Shown: in pieces, positions 1 through 12,096 of the stretch
Layout: each line of letters opens with the position of its first letter
How positions within the stretch are numbered: position 1 is the stretch's first letter
NCBI GenBank assembly: GCA_963823555.1
Contig: CAWGMA010000003.1
Location: 149,970 to 213,969 of the forward strand
Length of the DNA: 64,000 bases
From: Candidatus Eiseniibacteriota bacterium
GTDB lineage: Bacteria; Eisenbacteria; RBG-16-71-46; CAVPCR01
Direction of reading: 5' to 3'
Program-made: the position numbers and the translations under genes
The notes under the pieces: model-generated
Told to the model about the DNA's origin: nothing
Databases searched by the model: none
The model's input: the letters and a program-made list of their open reading frames with translations, nothing else

Positions 1-1330
1 CGGGGATGATGAACGTCATGCGCACCCGCCCGGTGCCATGGTTCACCATTCCGGACAGCCGTCCCTTGCGAGAGGAGAGCTTCTGCGTCACGACACCGAT
101 GAATTCCTCGGGGCAGTCGACGTACAGCTCCTCGTAAGGCTCATGCTTCTGCCCGTTGATCTCCTTCAAGATGACCTCGGGCTTCCCGGCGGCGAGCTCG
201 AAACCTTCCCGGCGCATCATCTCGATCAGGATGGCGAGCTGGAGCTCGCCCCGCCCCTGGACCTCGAAGGAGTCCGCCGTCGCGGTCGGCAGCACGCGGA
301 TCGAGACGTTGATGCGGTCTTCATGCTCGAGGCGCTCCCGCAGATGGCGGGAGGTGAGAAAGCGCCCCTCGCGGCCGGCGAGGGGGGATGAGTTGACCGA
401 GAACACCATCGAGACGGTCGGCTCCTCGACCGTGATCGGTGGCACGGCGACCGGCTCGAGCGCATCGGCGATGGTCTCGCCGATGTCGATGCCGTCGATG
501 CCGGCGATGGCGCACAGGTCGCCGGCCGGCACCTCGGCGGTTTCCACGCGCTTCAGTCCGTCGAAGGTATAGAGCATGGTGATCTTGGCCGGTACGATCG
601 AGCCGTCGAGCTTGACGAGCGCCACCGGATCCCCGCGACGCAGCACCCCGGCGTGCACCCGGCCAATGACCAGGCGGCCGACGTAGTCGTTGTAGTCGAG
701 ACTTGCGATCTGGAACTGGAGGGGGCGGGAAACATCGGCTTGCGGTGGCGGGATGTGATCGATGATGAGATCGAAGAAGGGCCTCAAGTCGGTGCCCGTG
801 CGGTTCGGATCGAGGGTGGCCGTGCCGGTGCGCGCGTTGGTGTAGACGAGTGGGAAGTCGAGCTGATCCTCGGTGGCATCGAGGTCGATGAAGAGCGAGT
901 AGACCTCGTCGACGACGGCGGCGATCCGGGCATCGGGGCGGTCGATCTTGTTGATGACAACCACCAGCGGCAACCGATCGGCGAGCACCTTGCCGAGGAC
1001 GAAGCGGGTCTGTGGCAGCGGGCCCTCGGAGGCGTCGACGAGGAGCATCGCTCCGTCCACCATCTTGAGCGTGCGCTCGACCTCGCCACCGAAGTCGGCG
1101 TGGCCGGGCGTATCCACGATGTTGATCTTGGTATCGCGATAATGGACCGCCGTGTTCTTGGCCAGGATGGTGATGCCGCGTTCGCGCTCGAGGTCGATCG
1201 AATCCATGACTCGATCCACCACGGCCTGTCCTTCGCGGAATATCCCACTCTGCCTGAGCATCGCGTCGACAAGGGTGGTCTTGCCATGGTCGACATGGGC
1301 GACGATGGCGACGTTACGAATTGCATCCAT
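1..1330 (-). CDS. typA: Translational GTPase TypA/BipA. C-terminal end is truncated by the window edge.
   Basis: Reverse-strand translation from ATG at 1330 reads [25 protein letters not shown]...[14 protein letters not shown]...NKIDR. This is the G-domain of BipA/TypA. The ORF runs off the window start without a stop. Confidence 0.9.
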   Translation of the reverse strand, partial: MDAIRNVAIVAHVDHGKTTLVDAMLRQSGIFREGQAVVDRVMDSIDLERERGITILAKNTAVHYRDTKINIVDTPGHADFGGEVERTLKMVDGAMLLVDASEGPLPQTRFVLGKVLADRLPLVVVINKIDRPDARIAAVVDEVYSLFIDLDATEDQLDFPLVYTNARTGTATLDPNRTGTDLRPFFDLIIDHIPPPQADVSRPLQFQIASLDYNDYVGRLVIGRVHAGVLRRGDPVALVKLDGSIVPAKITMLYTFDGLKRVETAEVPAGDLCAIAGIDGIDIGETIADALEPVAVPPITVEEPTVSMVFSVNSSPLAGREGRFLTSRHLRERLEHEDRINVSIRVLPTATADSFEVQGRGELQLAILIEMMRREGFELAAGKPEVILKEINGQKHEPYEELYVDCPEEFIGVVTQKLSSRKGRLSGMVNHGTGRVRMTFIIP

Positions 1331-1400
1331 GCGCGGGAGTGTAGCATGCTGCCTCTGCTGGCAAGATCTGCCAGGGGCCGCGTGCCGGGAGAGTTCGCCT

Positions 1401-2195
1401 CTAGCGCGCTAAACTTCCCGGCTGTGGGTTTCGAGTGGAAGATGTCGTCGTTGCCGCCGCCCGCGGCCTGCCGCCGGCGCCCAGGAAGGGCGACTCGAGC
1501 AACCAGGCGGCGTCCGGATAATAGGCGAAGACAAGCGAGCCCTGCTTGATGGTGTCGATCAGGTCGCGGGCGACGTCGAGACTGAGCGCCGGACAACCCC
1601 AGCTGCGCCCCAGCCGCCCCAGCGCTCCCGCTGTCTCGGAGCTGACGTAGGGAGCGCCGTGCATGACGATTGCGCGCTCGAGAGCCTGGTCGTTGATGCC
1701 GGGTTCGAGGCCCTGCATGCGCAGCGAGTAGCCGTTTCTGCCGACATAGGTGTCGAGCGTCAAGAACAGGCCCAGACTCGACTGATGGCTCCCCGGCCGG
1801 TTCGAGAAGCGCGTTGCGTGGTTCTCTCCGCTGCCGCGACCATGTGCCACCAGTTCCGCGAACAGGACCTGCCTGCGGTCGAGGTCGAGCACCCAGAGTC
1901 GCTGTTCCGTCGACGGGCGGGAATAGTCGATGACCGTGAGCAGCGATGGGTTCTCGACAGCGACCGTACCACGGGCCTCGGCCGCCGCTTCGAGCGCGAG
2001 TTGCAGCACGTGGAGGTCGGGACCCGGAGCGGAGGAGAAGTCGGGGGCCTTGACGGCGCGACCCGGGGTCGCCAGACCGGGAAGGGATGAGATCAAGACG
2101 GACCCGATGACGGCGAGGGAGAGAAGCGAGGCTCTGCCGGCCGGAAGCGAGTGCCGGGAGCGCGTGATCCAGCCGTGGGCGGTCCGTCCTCTCAC
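1401..2195 (-). CDS. L,D-transpeptidase catalytic domain family protein
   Basis: Contains the ...HGAPYVS...GRSWGCPAL motif (His/Cys catalytic dyad of YkuD-like L,D-transpeptidases). Chosen start is GTG at 2195 with a GGAGAA box 8 nt upstream, and it is followed by a signal-peptide-like stretch. The maximal ORF extends to 2336. Confidence 0.7.
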   Translation of the reverse strand: MRGRTAHGWITRSRHSLPAGRASLLSLAVIGSVLISSLPGLATPGRAVKAPDFSSAPGPDLHVLQLALEAAAEARGTVAVENPSLLTVIDYSRPSTEQRLWVLDLDRRQVLFAELVAHGRGSGENHATRFSNRPGSHQSSLGLFLTLDTYVGRNGYSLRMQGLEPGINDQALERAIVMHGAPYVSSETAGALGRLGRSWGCPALSLDVARDLIDTIKQGSLVFAYYPDAAWLLESPFLGAGGRPRAAATTTSSTRNPQPGSLAR

Positions 2196-2569
2196 CGAGT
2201 CTGTTCTCCGCTGATCCTCTCGGCCGATGGGGCAGGAAACCCGGGTGGGGGCAGAAGAAGCTGGGAGTATAGCGATGGCCGGGCCCCAAAGCCAGAGCCG
2301 CCCGGGAGGGCACCGCCCTGATGGGTGATTCGGCAATTCGCTGTCAGAGCTTGAGTTGTCCGGCCGCTACGGGTCGGCACCCTCGAGGCTGCATCGCCCG
2401 GCCGGAGGTTGGAATCAGGAGAGGAGCAAGAGAAGGGCGCCCCGCCGCCGCGTTCGCGAGGGCCGCACTCGCGAAGATTCGGCTGGCAGGGCGCCGTCAT
2501 TGAGCCGGGATCATAGGTCATCCGCGGCTCCCTGTCGAGCCCGATTCAGTCCTGTCCGGTCGTCCTCCG

Positions 2570-4164
<1,595 letters not shown>

Positions 4165-4165
<1 letters not shown>

Positions 4166-5313
4166 TACTCACCTCCTGGGTCGGGCCGGAGCCCCATGAG
4201 CTCCTCGAGCTTGTCGAGAACCTCGCTCACCTCGGGCAGCACGCCCCCGACGCGCCCGTAGAAGTGGACCGGGGCGAGGCTGCCGGCCGCGAGCCGTACA
4301 TCTTCGACCATTTGACCGGTTGAGAGCTCGACCGTGAGCAGGAATCGTGATTGCTCGGCGAGCTCGGCCAGGGGTTCGGAGGGGAAGGGCCAGAGCGTGA
4401 TGGGCCGGAAGAGGCCGACGCGGATGCCCCGTTCGCGGGCGATGTCGACCACGCTCTGCATGAGACGGGCGACGATCCCGTAGGCGACGATCGCGACCTC
4501 GGCGTCCTCGGCGCGGTAGGTCGTCCAGCGCGTCTCCTTGAGCTCGATCTCGTCGTACTTCCGCTTGAGGTGTCGGATGTGGTCCTCGAGCTCGTGGTGG
4601 TCGAGGTGGATCGACGAGATCAGATTGTGCATCGACGCGGCGTCACCGCGCACAGCCCACTCGGGATCGCCCGGGGGCAGCTTCGGCTCGGGAAGGGTCA
4701 CGGGCTCCATCATCTGCCCGATGGTGCCGTCCGCGATGACACAGACCGGATTGCGGTACTGGTCGGCCAGCTCGAACGCGAGCATCGTGAAGTCGCACAT
4801 CTCCTGCGCCGACGCCGGAGCCAGCACGATGACGCGATAGTTGCCGTGTCCCCCGCCCTTGACCATCTGGAAGTAGTCAGCCTGCTCGGGCCCGATGTTG
4901 CCGAGGCCGGGGCCGCCGCGCATGATGTCGATGAGCACGAGCGGCAGCTCCGATCCGGCGGCGTAGGAGATGCCCTCCTGCTTCAGGCTGATGCCGGGGC
5001 TCGAGGAGGCGGTCATCGTCCGGACCCCCGCTGCCGAAGCCCCGTACACCATGTTGATCGCCGCGGTCTCGCTCTCGGCCTGGATGAACGTGCCGCCCAC
5101 CAGCGGCAGCAGCCGAGCCGCCTCATGGGCGATCTCGCTCGCCGGGGTGATCGGATAACCGAAATAGCAGCGACAACCGGCGAGCACGGCGCCGCGGACT
5201 GCCGCTTCATTGCCCTTGATCAGGATCGTGGGTTGGGAGGAAGCGCGCCCGGCCGCTGGCTTCGGGTCCGACGAGGGAGCGGCGCCCGTCGGGGGAGTGG
5301 TGGTTGCGGTCAT
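4165..5313 (-). CDS. 2-oxoacid:ferredoxin oxidoreductase alpha subunit
   Basis: Has PorA/KorA/VorA alpha-subunit domain architecture. The internal ATG at 5313 overlaps the stop of the upstream ferredoxin gene (ATGA). Confidence 0.88.
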
Positions 5314-5600
5314 CGCTTCTCCTCCTCGCGTCGATAGACGGAGATCGTCCCCGGCTCGGGGCAAACATAGAAGCAGATCGCACAGCCCGTGCACCCCGAG
5401 CCCGAATAGATGGCCGGGTGATAGCCGTGCGCATTGAACCCATCGGAAAGCGAGATCACCTTCGGCGGGCAGAAGACCACGCAGAGCGAGCAACCCTTGC
5501 ACAGCTCCTGGTCGATGGCCACGAGACCGCGATCCCCGGCAGGGATCTCTGGCTCGCTATGCTTGCCGACCGGGACTGCGGGTGAAGTCGAATGCACCAT
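5310..5600 (-). CDS. 4Fe-4S dicluster ferredoxin (oxidoreductase delta subunit)
   Basis: Two CxxCxxCxxxCP motifs in 96 aa. A GGAGGAG RBS sits directly upstream. Confidence 0.85.
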   Translation of the reverse strand: MVHSTSPAVPVGKHSEPEIPAGDRGLVAIDQELCKGCSLCVVFCPPKVISLSDGFNAHGYHPAIYSGSGCTGCAICFYVCPEPGTISVYRREEEKR

Positions 5601-5616
5601 ATTCTTCTCCTCCGGC

Positions 5617-6117
5617 CTAGGCGGTTCCGGCCGAGTGCGATTCGGCCTGGCCTTCCTGTCCTACCGGATGTGGCTCCTTCACCACGAAGACCGAGCAATG
5701 GGCTAGCCGGACCACCTTCTCCGCGGTCGAACCGAGAACCAGGTGAGCAAGGCCCCGCCGGCCATGAGTTCCCAGGATGATGAGATCAGCCCCTTCCTCC
5801 CCCGCGGCTGCCAGGATCTCCTCCGCGGCGAAGCCGACACGCACGCTGACCGTGGCCTCGACGCCGGCCGCGAAGGCCGTGGCCGCGATGCGCTCCAGGC
5901 GTCCCGTCGCGCCTTCGCGGGCCCGCGCGTAGTAGTCATCATAGGTACGCTGGTCCACGAACACCGGGGTTGCATAGGCATTGACCTGGGGCAAGACATG
6001 CAGGAGGACGAGTCGCGAGCGCTTCATGCGCGCCCATTCGATCGCCCAGCCTGCGATCGCCTCGCACGGTTCGCCCACGTCGAGCGGAACGAGAATGGTG
6101 GCGATCGTCGCGAACAT
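5617..6117 (-). CDS. Universal stress protein (UspA family)
   Basis: Usp fold motifs are present, including ...LLHVLP... and ...[31 protein letters not shown]. Its stop lies 16 nt upstream of the ferredoxin start on the same strand. Confidence 0.82.
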   Translation of the reverse strand: MFATIATILVPLDVGEPCEAIAGWAIEWARMKRSRLVLLHVLPQVNAYATPVFVDQRTYDDYYARAREGATGRLERIAATAFAAGVEATVSVRVGFAAEEILAAAGEEGADLIILGTHGRRGLAHLVLGSTAEKVVRLAHCSVFVVKEPHPVGQEGQAESHSAGTA

Positions 6118-6340
6118 GTCTTCTCTCCCAGGACCTCGTGCTCGCCAGCACCGGGGGCGACGTCGGTACCGGCCGCGCACAAGAGAGGGGCGGGCAACCC
6201 GTGGTTATTCAGGGCAAAAAGGAGTCCAACGGCCGGATCGACCCGGCATCGAATGCAGCCCATATCATTATGTAAAATATAGAGTTGTAGCTGACCTTGG
6301 ATGGCGACCTGACCGGCTCGGTTTTGTCGGCCGCCATGGT

Positions 6341-6355
6341 CGGACATTATGTCCG
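6341..6355. promoter_or_regulatory. Perfect 7-1-7 inverted repeat CGGACAT-T-ATGTCCG in a divergent promoter region
   Basis: Palindrome read directly from the sequence. It lies between the usp start (6117, minus strand) and a hypothetical gene (6507, plus strand), next to the AT-rich stretch cattatgtaaaatatagagttgtag. Confidence 0.35.
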
Positions 6356-6506
6356 GTATGGAAAATCGGCCGTGGACACGGGGTCGACTGCTGATGCGGA
6401 TGGCGAGCGGGGGCCCGACTCTGGTTTCCTGCACCGTGGCACGTTGCTTCCGTGACATGCGGATACAGCAGTCCGCCCGTGCCTCCACCCTGGGGAGGAA
6501 ACCGCC

Positions 6507-6818
6507 GTGCGTGACCAGGACCAGATTCTCAAGGATCGGGAGAGCGAGGTCCTCGATCGGTTCCGCGCGAACCTGGATCGCGGCCACCTCAGCCCGCACT
6601 TCAAGACGCGCCCTCTCGATCACGAGTGGGTGGATCGGGATCATCTTCTCGTCCACCTGAACGATGTCGAACAGATCACGGAGATGGAGATCCGATCTCT
6701 TCAGGAGGCGCTCGTGGTCCAGAGCTCCTGGACGATCGTGCCGCAGCACCTGAACCGTATGCGGATCAGCTTCCTCTGCCAGCTGGCGACCCGGCCACCT
6801 CGGGATCCGACCCGGTAG
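6507..6818 (+). CDS. Hypothetical protein of 103 aa
   Basis: GTG start with a GGAGG box 8 nt upstream. Third codon positions are strongly G/C, unlike the overlapping antisense ORF. No recognisable domain. Confidence 0.45.
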   Translation: MRDQDQILKDRESEVLDRFRANLDRGHLSPHFKTRPLDHEWVDRDHLLVHLNDVEQITEMEIRSLQEALVVQSSWTIVPQHLNRMRISFLCQLATRPPRDPTR

Positions 6819-6867
6819 CAGCTTGCAGCGTCGGGATTCGGGCTCCGGACGCGCAAGGCAAAGGAGA

Positions 6868-6899
6868 GGGCCGGGTGGCCAGAGGCAGCCACCCGGCCC
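6868..6899. terminator. Stem-loop with a perfect 12-bp GC-rich stem between convergent genes
   Basis: The sequence GGGCCGGGTGGC-cagaggca-GCCACCCGGCCC lies between the ends of the 6507 gene (plus strand) and the CBS gene (minus strand). No U-tract follows, as is common in high-GC genomes. Confidence 0.45.
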
Positions 6900-7084
6900 A
6901 TGTTCCGGCCGTGAGACGGTCCCGGTCGTCCCACGGGCCGGCAGCGCACGCTACTGGCGTAGCGTCGCGCCCTTGGGTGCCAGGCCCCCCGACCCGACAC
7001 CCTAGTTGGAGCGCGGTCCCGGTCGCGCTCCTAAGACTCTATCCGTTCCCCCTGTCGGCCCTGTTTCAGCGGACCGGCTTCAGT

Positions 7085-7552
7085 TCACCCCTGCTGCCAG
7101 ATTTCATTGCTCCGGCGCGAGTTCTGGATCAGCGCCAGCACCGCCAGCAAGGCCCGAAGGGCATCGCTTTCAGAGAAGATCCCCACGATCTCGTCGCCCG
7201 CCAGGACCGGCAGCGCACCCACCTGATGGTCCACCAGGAGCCTGGTGGCATCGGCCAGACTCGTGTGTGGGCCGACCACCAGCGGCTTCTGCGTCATGAT
7301 CTGTCGGACAGCGATGCGATTGAGCTGGGCTTCGGTCTCCTTGTCGCCCGGGGGTGCCATCATGGATGGCCAGATGGTTCGCAGGTCGCGATCGGAGACG
7401 ATCCCGATCACGCGTCCTTGCTCCACCACGGGAAGGTGCCGGAAGCCCCCTGCATCCATCAGCCGACGGGCTTCCAGGACCGTACACGCGGGACCTGCCG
7501 TCTCGGGCGCCGGGGTCATCCATTCCTGGACTTCGAACCGGGATACTGGCAT
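7085..7552 (-). CDS. CBS domain pair protein
   Basis: Two CBS motifs, for example ...VIGIVSDRDL... and ...GALPVL.GDEIVGIFSESD... Length is 155 aa. Confidence 0.82.
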   Translation of the reverse strand: MPVSRFEVQEWMTPAPETAGPACTVLEARRLMDAGGFRHLPVVEQGRVIGIVSDRDLRTIWPSMMAPPGDKETEAQLNRIAVRQIMTQKPLVVGPHTSLADATRLLVDHQVGALPVLAGDEIVGIFSESDALRALLAVLALIQNSRRSNEIWQQG

Positions 7553-7831
7553 TCGAACGCTCCAGGAGAGCCACGCCGGGGCGCTCCAACGAAGTCCCTT
7601 GAGGCAGAGCGCAGACCAACCTGCCGCCTCTGGCGGGTGCAGTCCGTAGTCCTTTCCCTGGCAGGCCCCGTGCCGAAAAGGATGCAGTCATGATAAATAT
7701 GTAACTTATTGTCATTTCAATGGTAATGGGCTTGACGCAGGCGAAAGGAGGCCATTCTTGCGGACAAACTGTCGACGCGCCAGGTGGTTGCCCGGCCATG
7801 TCGTCACCGTCGAGGGCGTACGGCCCCGGGA

Positions 7832-8362
7832 TCAAGGAGACAGGGGGGTGGTGCCCGGAGAGGGATAGGGTGGGATGTGGACCCGGCGGTCCCGGTCGGC
7901 CACGACCAGGTGGGCGGAGTCGCCCCAGGAGTGAGGGATGTTCGCGGTGTCGAAGGGGTACCGCCCCTCGTCTTCCGGGTCGTAGGTCCGACTCGTGATG
8001 TAGAAGAGGTGGGCCTGCGGGCTCTTCACCTTGCAGCCGTGGGCTACCCCGGGGGGAATTCGCAGGATCTGAGGGGCCGCCTCCTTGAGCCGGAACTGCA
8101 TGAGGGTGCGATGCGTGGGGCTCGACGAACGAAGATCCCACAGCGCCACGTCCAGCTCACCGATGGCGACGTACCACCAATCCACCTGCCGATGATGGAA
8201 GTGCCAAGCCTTGACCACGTTCTCCGCCATGAGGCTGTGGCTCCACTGGGCAAATCCCTCCTGGAAGAAGGGATCGCTGGCGCGGATGAGCTCACGGAAG
8301 AAGCCGCGAGTATCGGGATGGGTGACCAGGGACTTGAACTCGACGCCTTGAATCATGCGGGT
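7832..8362 (-). CDS. dTDP-4-dehydrorhamnose 3,5-epimerase-like cupin (RmlC family)
   Basis: RmlC-like motifs are present: ...WHFHHRQVDWWYVAIGELDVALWDLR...IPPGVAHG... The in-frame ATG at 8362 gives about 176 aa. The maximal ORF (to 9004) has an implausible N-terminal extension. Confidence 0.65.
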   Translation of the reverse strand, partial: TRMIQGVEFKSLVTHPDTRGFFRELIRASDPFFQEGFAQWSHSLMAENVVKAWHFHHRQVDWWYVAIGELDVALWDLRSSSPTHRTLMQFRLKEAAPQILRIPPGVAHGCKVKSPQAHLFYITSRTYDPEDEGRYPFDTANIPHSWGDSAHLVVADRDRRVHIPPYPSPGTTPLSP

Positions 8363-8563
8363 CATTCCGTGGGTTCGACTTGCTGGGTTGCCGGAGCGGA
8401 TTATCGCATGTCGTGGCCGATCTCGCGATGCGTCCCGGTGGCGCCTTCGATCCGGCGCATCGCAGGAGGATCCCCACCCTGGCCAGTGGTCGGTTGATCG
8501 GGCGTGCACGAAGGGGCCTCCTGTGCCATGCTTCCGCTCTCCGAGAGGTCTGGGAGTCCCGGA

Positions 8564-9181
8564 ATGAAGACCCAGCAGCACCCGATGAAGGGCCATGACA
8601 TCCGCCAGGCCCGGCTTCTGGCCGAGCTGCAGGCGCATGTCCCCGCCGACGGTCAGGAAGCCGCTCACCGCGAGCGGATGCTGGCCCTCGCTGGCACGCC
8701 CGCAGATGTGTTCTCCCGCCACCATTTCGTGCCTGGGCATTTCACCGCCAGTGCTTTCGTGCTGGCGCCGGATGAAGGGGCGCTGCTCCTCATCTTCCAC
8801 CAGCGGCTCGGCCGCTGGCTCCAGCCTGGAGGGCACATCGATCCCGGGGACCCGGACGTCCTCGCCGCGGCCCAGCGCGAGGTGCGGGAGGAGACCGGTG
8901 TTCTGGGACTCGATGTTCTCGCCGCTCACGGGCGCCGCCACCGACTCCTCGACCTGGACATCCATCCCATTCCGGCACACGGCGCCGAGCCCCGTCATGA
9001 GCACTTCGACGTGCGCGCCTTCTTCCGTGCCCGCGCTACCGAGCTACGCGCCGGTCTCGGTGTGGGGGCCGCCCGCTGGGTGCCGCTCGCCGCAGTGCTG
9101 GAGGATGCAGTCGACCGGTCGGTCGAGCGCGGCGTGGCCAAGCTGCTCGCCCGGCGGGAAGAAGGAGGATGGGGATCATGA
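8564..9181 (+). CDS. NUDIX hydrolase
   Basis: Nudix box GGHIDPGDPDVLAAAQREVREETGV is present. The ATG at 8564 has a GGGAG box 7 nt upstream. Its stop overlaps the next start (ATGA). Confidence 0.85.
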   Translation: MKTQQHPMKGHDIRQARLLAELQAHVPADGQEAAHRERMLALAGTPADVFSRHHFVPGHFTASAFVLAPDEGALLLIFHQRLGRWLQPGGHIDPGDPDVLAAAQREVREETGVLGLDVLAAHGRRHRLLDLDIHPIPAHGAEPRHEHFDVRAFFRARATELRAGLGVGAARWVPLAAVLEDAVDRSVERGVAKLLARREEGGWGS

Positions 9182-10176
9182 GCAGGACGCAGAGCATGGT
9201 CCTGTTCCTGGGGGCTCTGATGATCGGAGGAATGATGGCGAAGGGCAATGACGCGAGTGCCGGGACGAGCGAGCTCCAGGACTTCGATGCCCGGTGGGAT
9301 TACGCGCATCCGGATTCGACCGAGGCGGTGTTCAGGAGTCTCCTGCCTGCTGCCCGATCGGCCGGCGACGCGGACTACCTGGTGCAGCTCCTGACCCAGA
9401 TCGCGCGCACCCAGGGTCTGCAGCGGAAGTTCACCGATGCCCATGCCACGCTCGACGAGGCCGCGGGAATGCTCACCGACAGCCTTGCCGTGGCTCGCGT
9501 GCGCTACCTCCTCGAACGCGGTCGAGTATTCAACTCGGCGCAGGAGCCGGAGCGGGCGCGCCCGCTCTTCCTCTCCGCCTGGGAGGAAGCTCAGGCGGCG
9601 GGAGCCGAGTATCACGCGATCGACGCGGCCCACATGATGGGAATCATCGAGCCGCCGGCGGAGGCGCTGGTCTGGAACCGGAAGGCCATCGCTGCGGCGG
9701 AGGCAGCCGGGAGCGAGCGGGCGCGAGGGTGGCTCGGATCCCTCTACAACAACGTGGGGTGGACCTATCACGACCTGGGGGACTACGACCAGGCGCTCGA
9801 CATGTTCGAGAAGGGGCTCGCCTTCCGCGAGGAGAAGAAGCAGCCGCGAGAGACGAGGATCGCCAAGTGGTGCGTGGCCCGCACCTATCGCTCGCTGGGG
9901 CGTACCGAGGAAGCGCTCGCCATGCAGCGGACCCTGGAGCAGGAGCTCACCGCGAGCGGAGAGACCGACGGCTTCGTGGACGAAGAGATCGGCGAGTGCC
10001 TGCTCGCTCTTGGCCGCCCGGATGAAGCCGCGCCCTCCTTTGCGCGCGCCCATGAACTGCTGAGCAAGGACCCGTGGTTCGTGGAGAAGGAGGGGGCGCG
10101 CCTCGCGCGCCTCGCGGAGCTGGGAGGCGTTTCCCTTCCCGCCGAGGGCGCGCGCCCACCGGCGGGCGATCGCTAG
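9178..10176 (+). CDS. Tetratricopeptide-repeat protein with signal peptide
   Basis: N-terminal signal peptide MSRTQSMVLFLGALMIGGMMA, followed by TPR-like helical repeats (for example ...YNNVGWTYHDLGDYDQALDMFEKGLAF...). An AGGAGG box sits 9 nt upstream. Confidence 0.75.
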   Translation: MSRTQSMVLFLGALMIGGMMAKGNDASAGTSELQDFDARWDYAHPDSTEAVFRSLLPAARSAGDADYLVQLLTQIARTQGLQRKFTDAHATLDEAAGMLTDSLAVARVRYLLERGRVFNSAQEPERARPLFLSAWEEAQAAGAEYHAIDAAHMMGIIEPPAEALVWNRKAIAAAEAAGSERARGWLGSLYNNVGWTYHDLGDYDQALDMFEKGLAFREEKKQPRETRIAKWCVARTYRSLGRTEEALAMQRTLEQELTASGETDGFVDEEIGECLLALGRPDEAAPSFARAHELLSKDPWFVEKEGARLARLAELGGVSLPAEGARPPAGDR

Positions 10177-11087
10177 CGGCGATCGCTCCAGGTGGAGGAC
10201 CGCTCCTCGTGTTCGATCAGATTGCGGATCATCTGTCCGCGTCCCACCGCCGCTAGCGCCACGCCACCGAGGATGAGCATCGCGGCGACGAGAAGCCGCA
10301 GCGTGGGTTCCTCGGCGAGGAAGATCACTCCACCAAGGGCCGCCAGCACCGGCACCGTGAGCTGGACGACCGCCGCCCGGGTGGCGGTCATGGCGGGGAG
10401 AGCGGCATACCAGACGACGTATCCGAGCCCGGAGGTGATGGCTCCCGAGACGATCGCGAGTATCGTACCGCGCGTCGAGGTGTGGAGTGTGGGCAGGCGG
10501 ATCAGGGCCAGCGCTGCGACCAGCGGCAGCGACCGGACGAAGTGGTCGGTGGTGGCCGCCATGGGGTCGACGGCGGTGCGGCCGCGCAGCGAGTAGATTC
10601 CCCAGGCGATGCCGGCCATGGCCATGAGCAGGGAGCCGGAGGTGGGTGGTGCCTGGATGCCCGGGCGCACCAGCACGACGAGCCCGACGATGGCGACCGT
10701 GATGCCCATCCACTGCATCGGGTGAGGTCGCTCGCCGGATCTGAGTCCGGAGAGGATCATGGTGGCCTGGACGGCGCCGAAGAGCACGAGCGCCCCCACT
10801 CCGGCCGTGAGCTTCACGTAGGCGAAGGAAAACGCGGCGGCGTAGACGAACAACATGACCGTCGAGGTCCAGGTCCCGGAAACTCCCACCGGGCGCCTGT
10901 GCCCGAGGGCCACGGCGATCGCCCACAGGGTGATGGCGCCGGCGGCGAGGCGCAGCGCCGTGAAGGCAGCGGGATCGATCGATGCGGGGCCGAGAGCGAG
11001 CCGGCAGAGGACCGAGTTCGCGGCAAAGGCGACGAGCGCGCCGAGGGTCAAGCCGACCGTGCTCAAGGCGCCGCGTCCGGCCATCAC
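10173..11087 (-). CDS. DMT (EamA) family transporter
   Basis: Ten predicted TM helices in two EamA-like halves. Confidence 0.8.
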   Translation of the reverse strand: MMAGRGALSTVGLTLGALVAFAANSVLCRLALGPASIDPAAFTALRLAAGAITLWAIAVALGHRRPVGVSGTWTSTVMLFVYAAAFSFAYVKLTAGVGALVLFGAVQATMILSGLRSGERPHPMQWMGITVAIVGLVVLVRPGIQAPPTSGSLLMAMAGIAWGIYSLRGRTAVDPMAATTDHFVRSLPLVAALALIRLPTLHTSTRGTILAIVSGAITSGLGYVVWYAALPAMTATRAAVVQLTVPVLAALGGVIFLAEEPTLRLLVAAMLILGGVALAAVGRGQMIRNLIEHEERSSTWSDRR

Positions 11088-11155
11088 CGCCTCGAGTTCG
11101 TGGGTGGGATGTTGTGATTCATGTCGCGATCCCGAATCGCAGAGCCATCCCGCCC

Positions 11156-12067
11156 TCAGCGCCGGCGCAGCTTTCGCCTTGCGTAGTCGGCGCCGGTGCC
11201 GAGATAGCGCAGGGCGCCCTCCAGGGAGATCACCCGATCGAACATCCAGGAGTAGGCGCCCGCCAGCCGGCGATAGCGATGGTTGGACTGGCGATGACGC
11301 TGGAACTTCTTCTGACTCCCGAAGCCGAGGATGCGCATGTCCTCGGCCGTGAGCGCGCCGAGGAAGGCTGCGTTCAGGATGAGCGGATGATAGCGATAGG
11401 CCCGGACATCGATCTCCTGCAGCGGAATGTCGGGATCGTGGTAATTGAAGAAGATGACCCGCCGTGGCTTCAGTACGGGGCTCGACTGGCGATGGATGCC
11501 CGCGGTATCGAACAAGAACGTGGTCCCCGCCGGACCCTTGACGTGCTCGATCTGGTCGCGGACGTGGGCGATCTCGCGGTCGTTCCAGTGCCGATGGCGG
11601 TTATTGACGTGTGTGCCGCGAATATAGGAGAAGTGGCCGGTCTCCACATCACTGAGGTAGAGACCCAGCTTCACCTCGCGCGGCACCACGGGCAGGTTGT
11701 GGTCGTACCAGGCGTCGTTGTGCCAGCCGTGGAAATTGTCGCGGGTCGCCACTGTTTCCCAGCCGCGCACCTCGCTCAGCGAGAACTGCGGGCCGATATA
11801 GAGGCGCATCACCTCCTTGACCAGCGGATGGAGTCCAAGTTCCTGGAATGCGGGATCGAGGGTGAGGATGTCCTCGACCATGAGCCGATGCTTGTCCGTC
11901 TTCTGGTAGCCCCGCGACGTGTTCCAGCTCATCTGGCCGAGCACGACACTGAACGCTTCCTGCATGGCGATCAGGGATTCGGGGGTGACGAGGTCATCGA
12001 CAAGGACGAGCCCGTCTGTCTCCAGAGCCACGACGATCGAGTTCGGGTCGGTAGCGCGCGCGATCAT
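11156..12067 (-). CDS. Phytanoyl-CoA dioxygenase (PhyH) family protein
   Basis: Fe(II)/2-oxoglutarate dioxygenase PhyH-like motifs, for example ...HGWHNDAWYD... and ...GTHVNNRHRHW... Confidence 0.78.
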   Translation of the reverse strand: MIARATDPNSIVVALETDGLVLVDDLVTPESLIAMQEAFSVVLGQMSWNTSRGYQKTDKHRLMVEDILTLDPAFQELGLHPLVKEVMRLYIGPQFSLSEVRGWETVATRDNFHGWHNDAWYDHNLPVVPREVKLGLYLSDVETGHFSYIRGTHVNNRHRHWNDREIAHVRDQIEHVKGPAGTTFLFDTAGIHRQSSPVLKPRRVIFFNYHDPDIPLQEIDVRAYRYHPLILNAAFLGALTAEDMRILGFGSQKKFQRHRQSNHRYRRLAGAYSWMFDRVISLEGALRYLGTGADYARRKLRRR

Positions 12068-12096
12068 ATCCAGATGGAGTTATCGGCGTCGTCGGT

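Noticed and set aside
6024-6749. 241-aa minus-strand ORF overlapping the usp gene and the 6507-6818 gene
   Set aside because: It overlaps a well-supported Usp CDS. The plus-strand 6507 ORF has a better RBS and codon bias.
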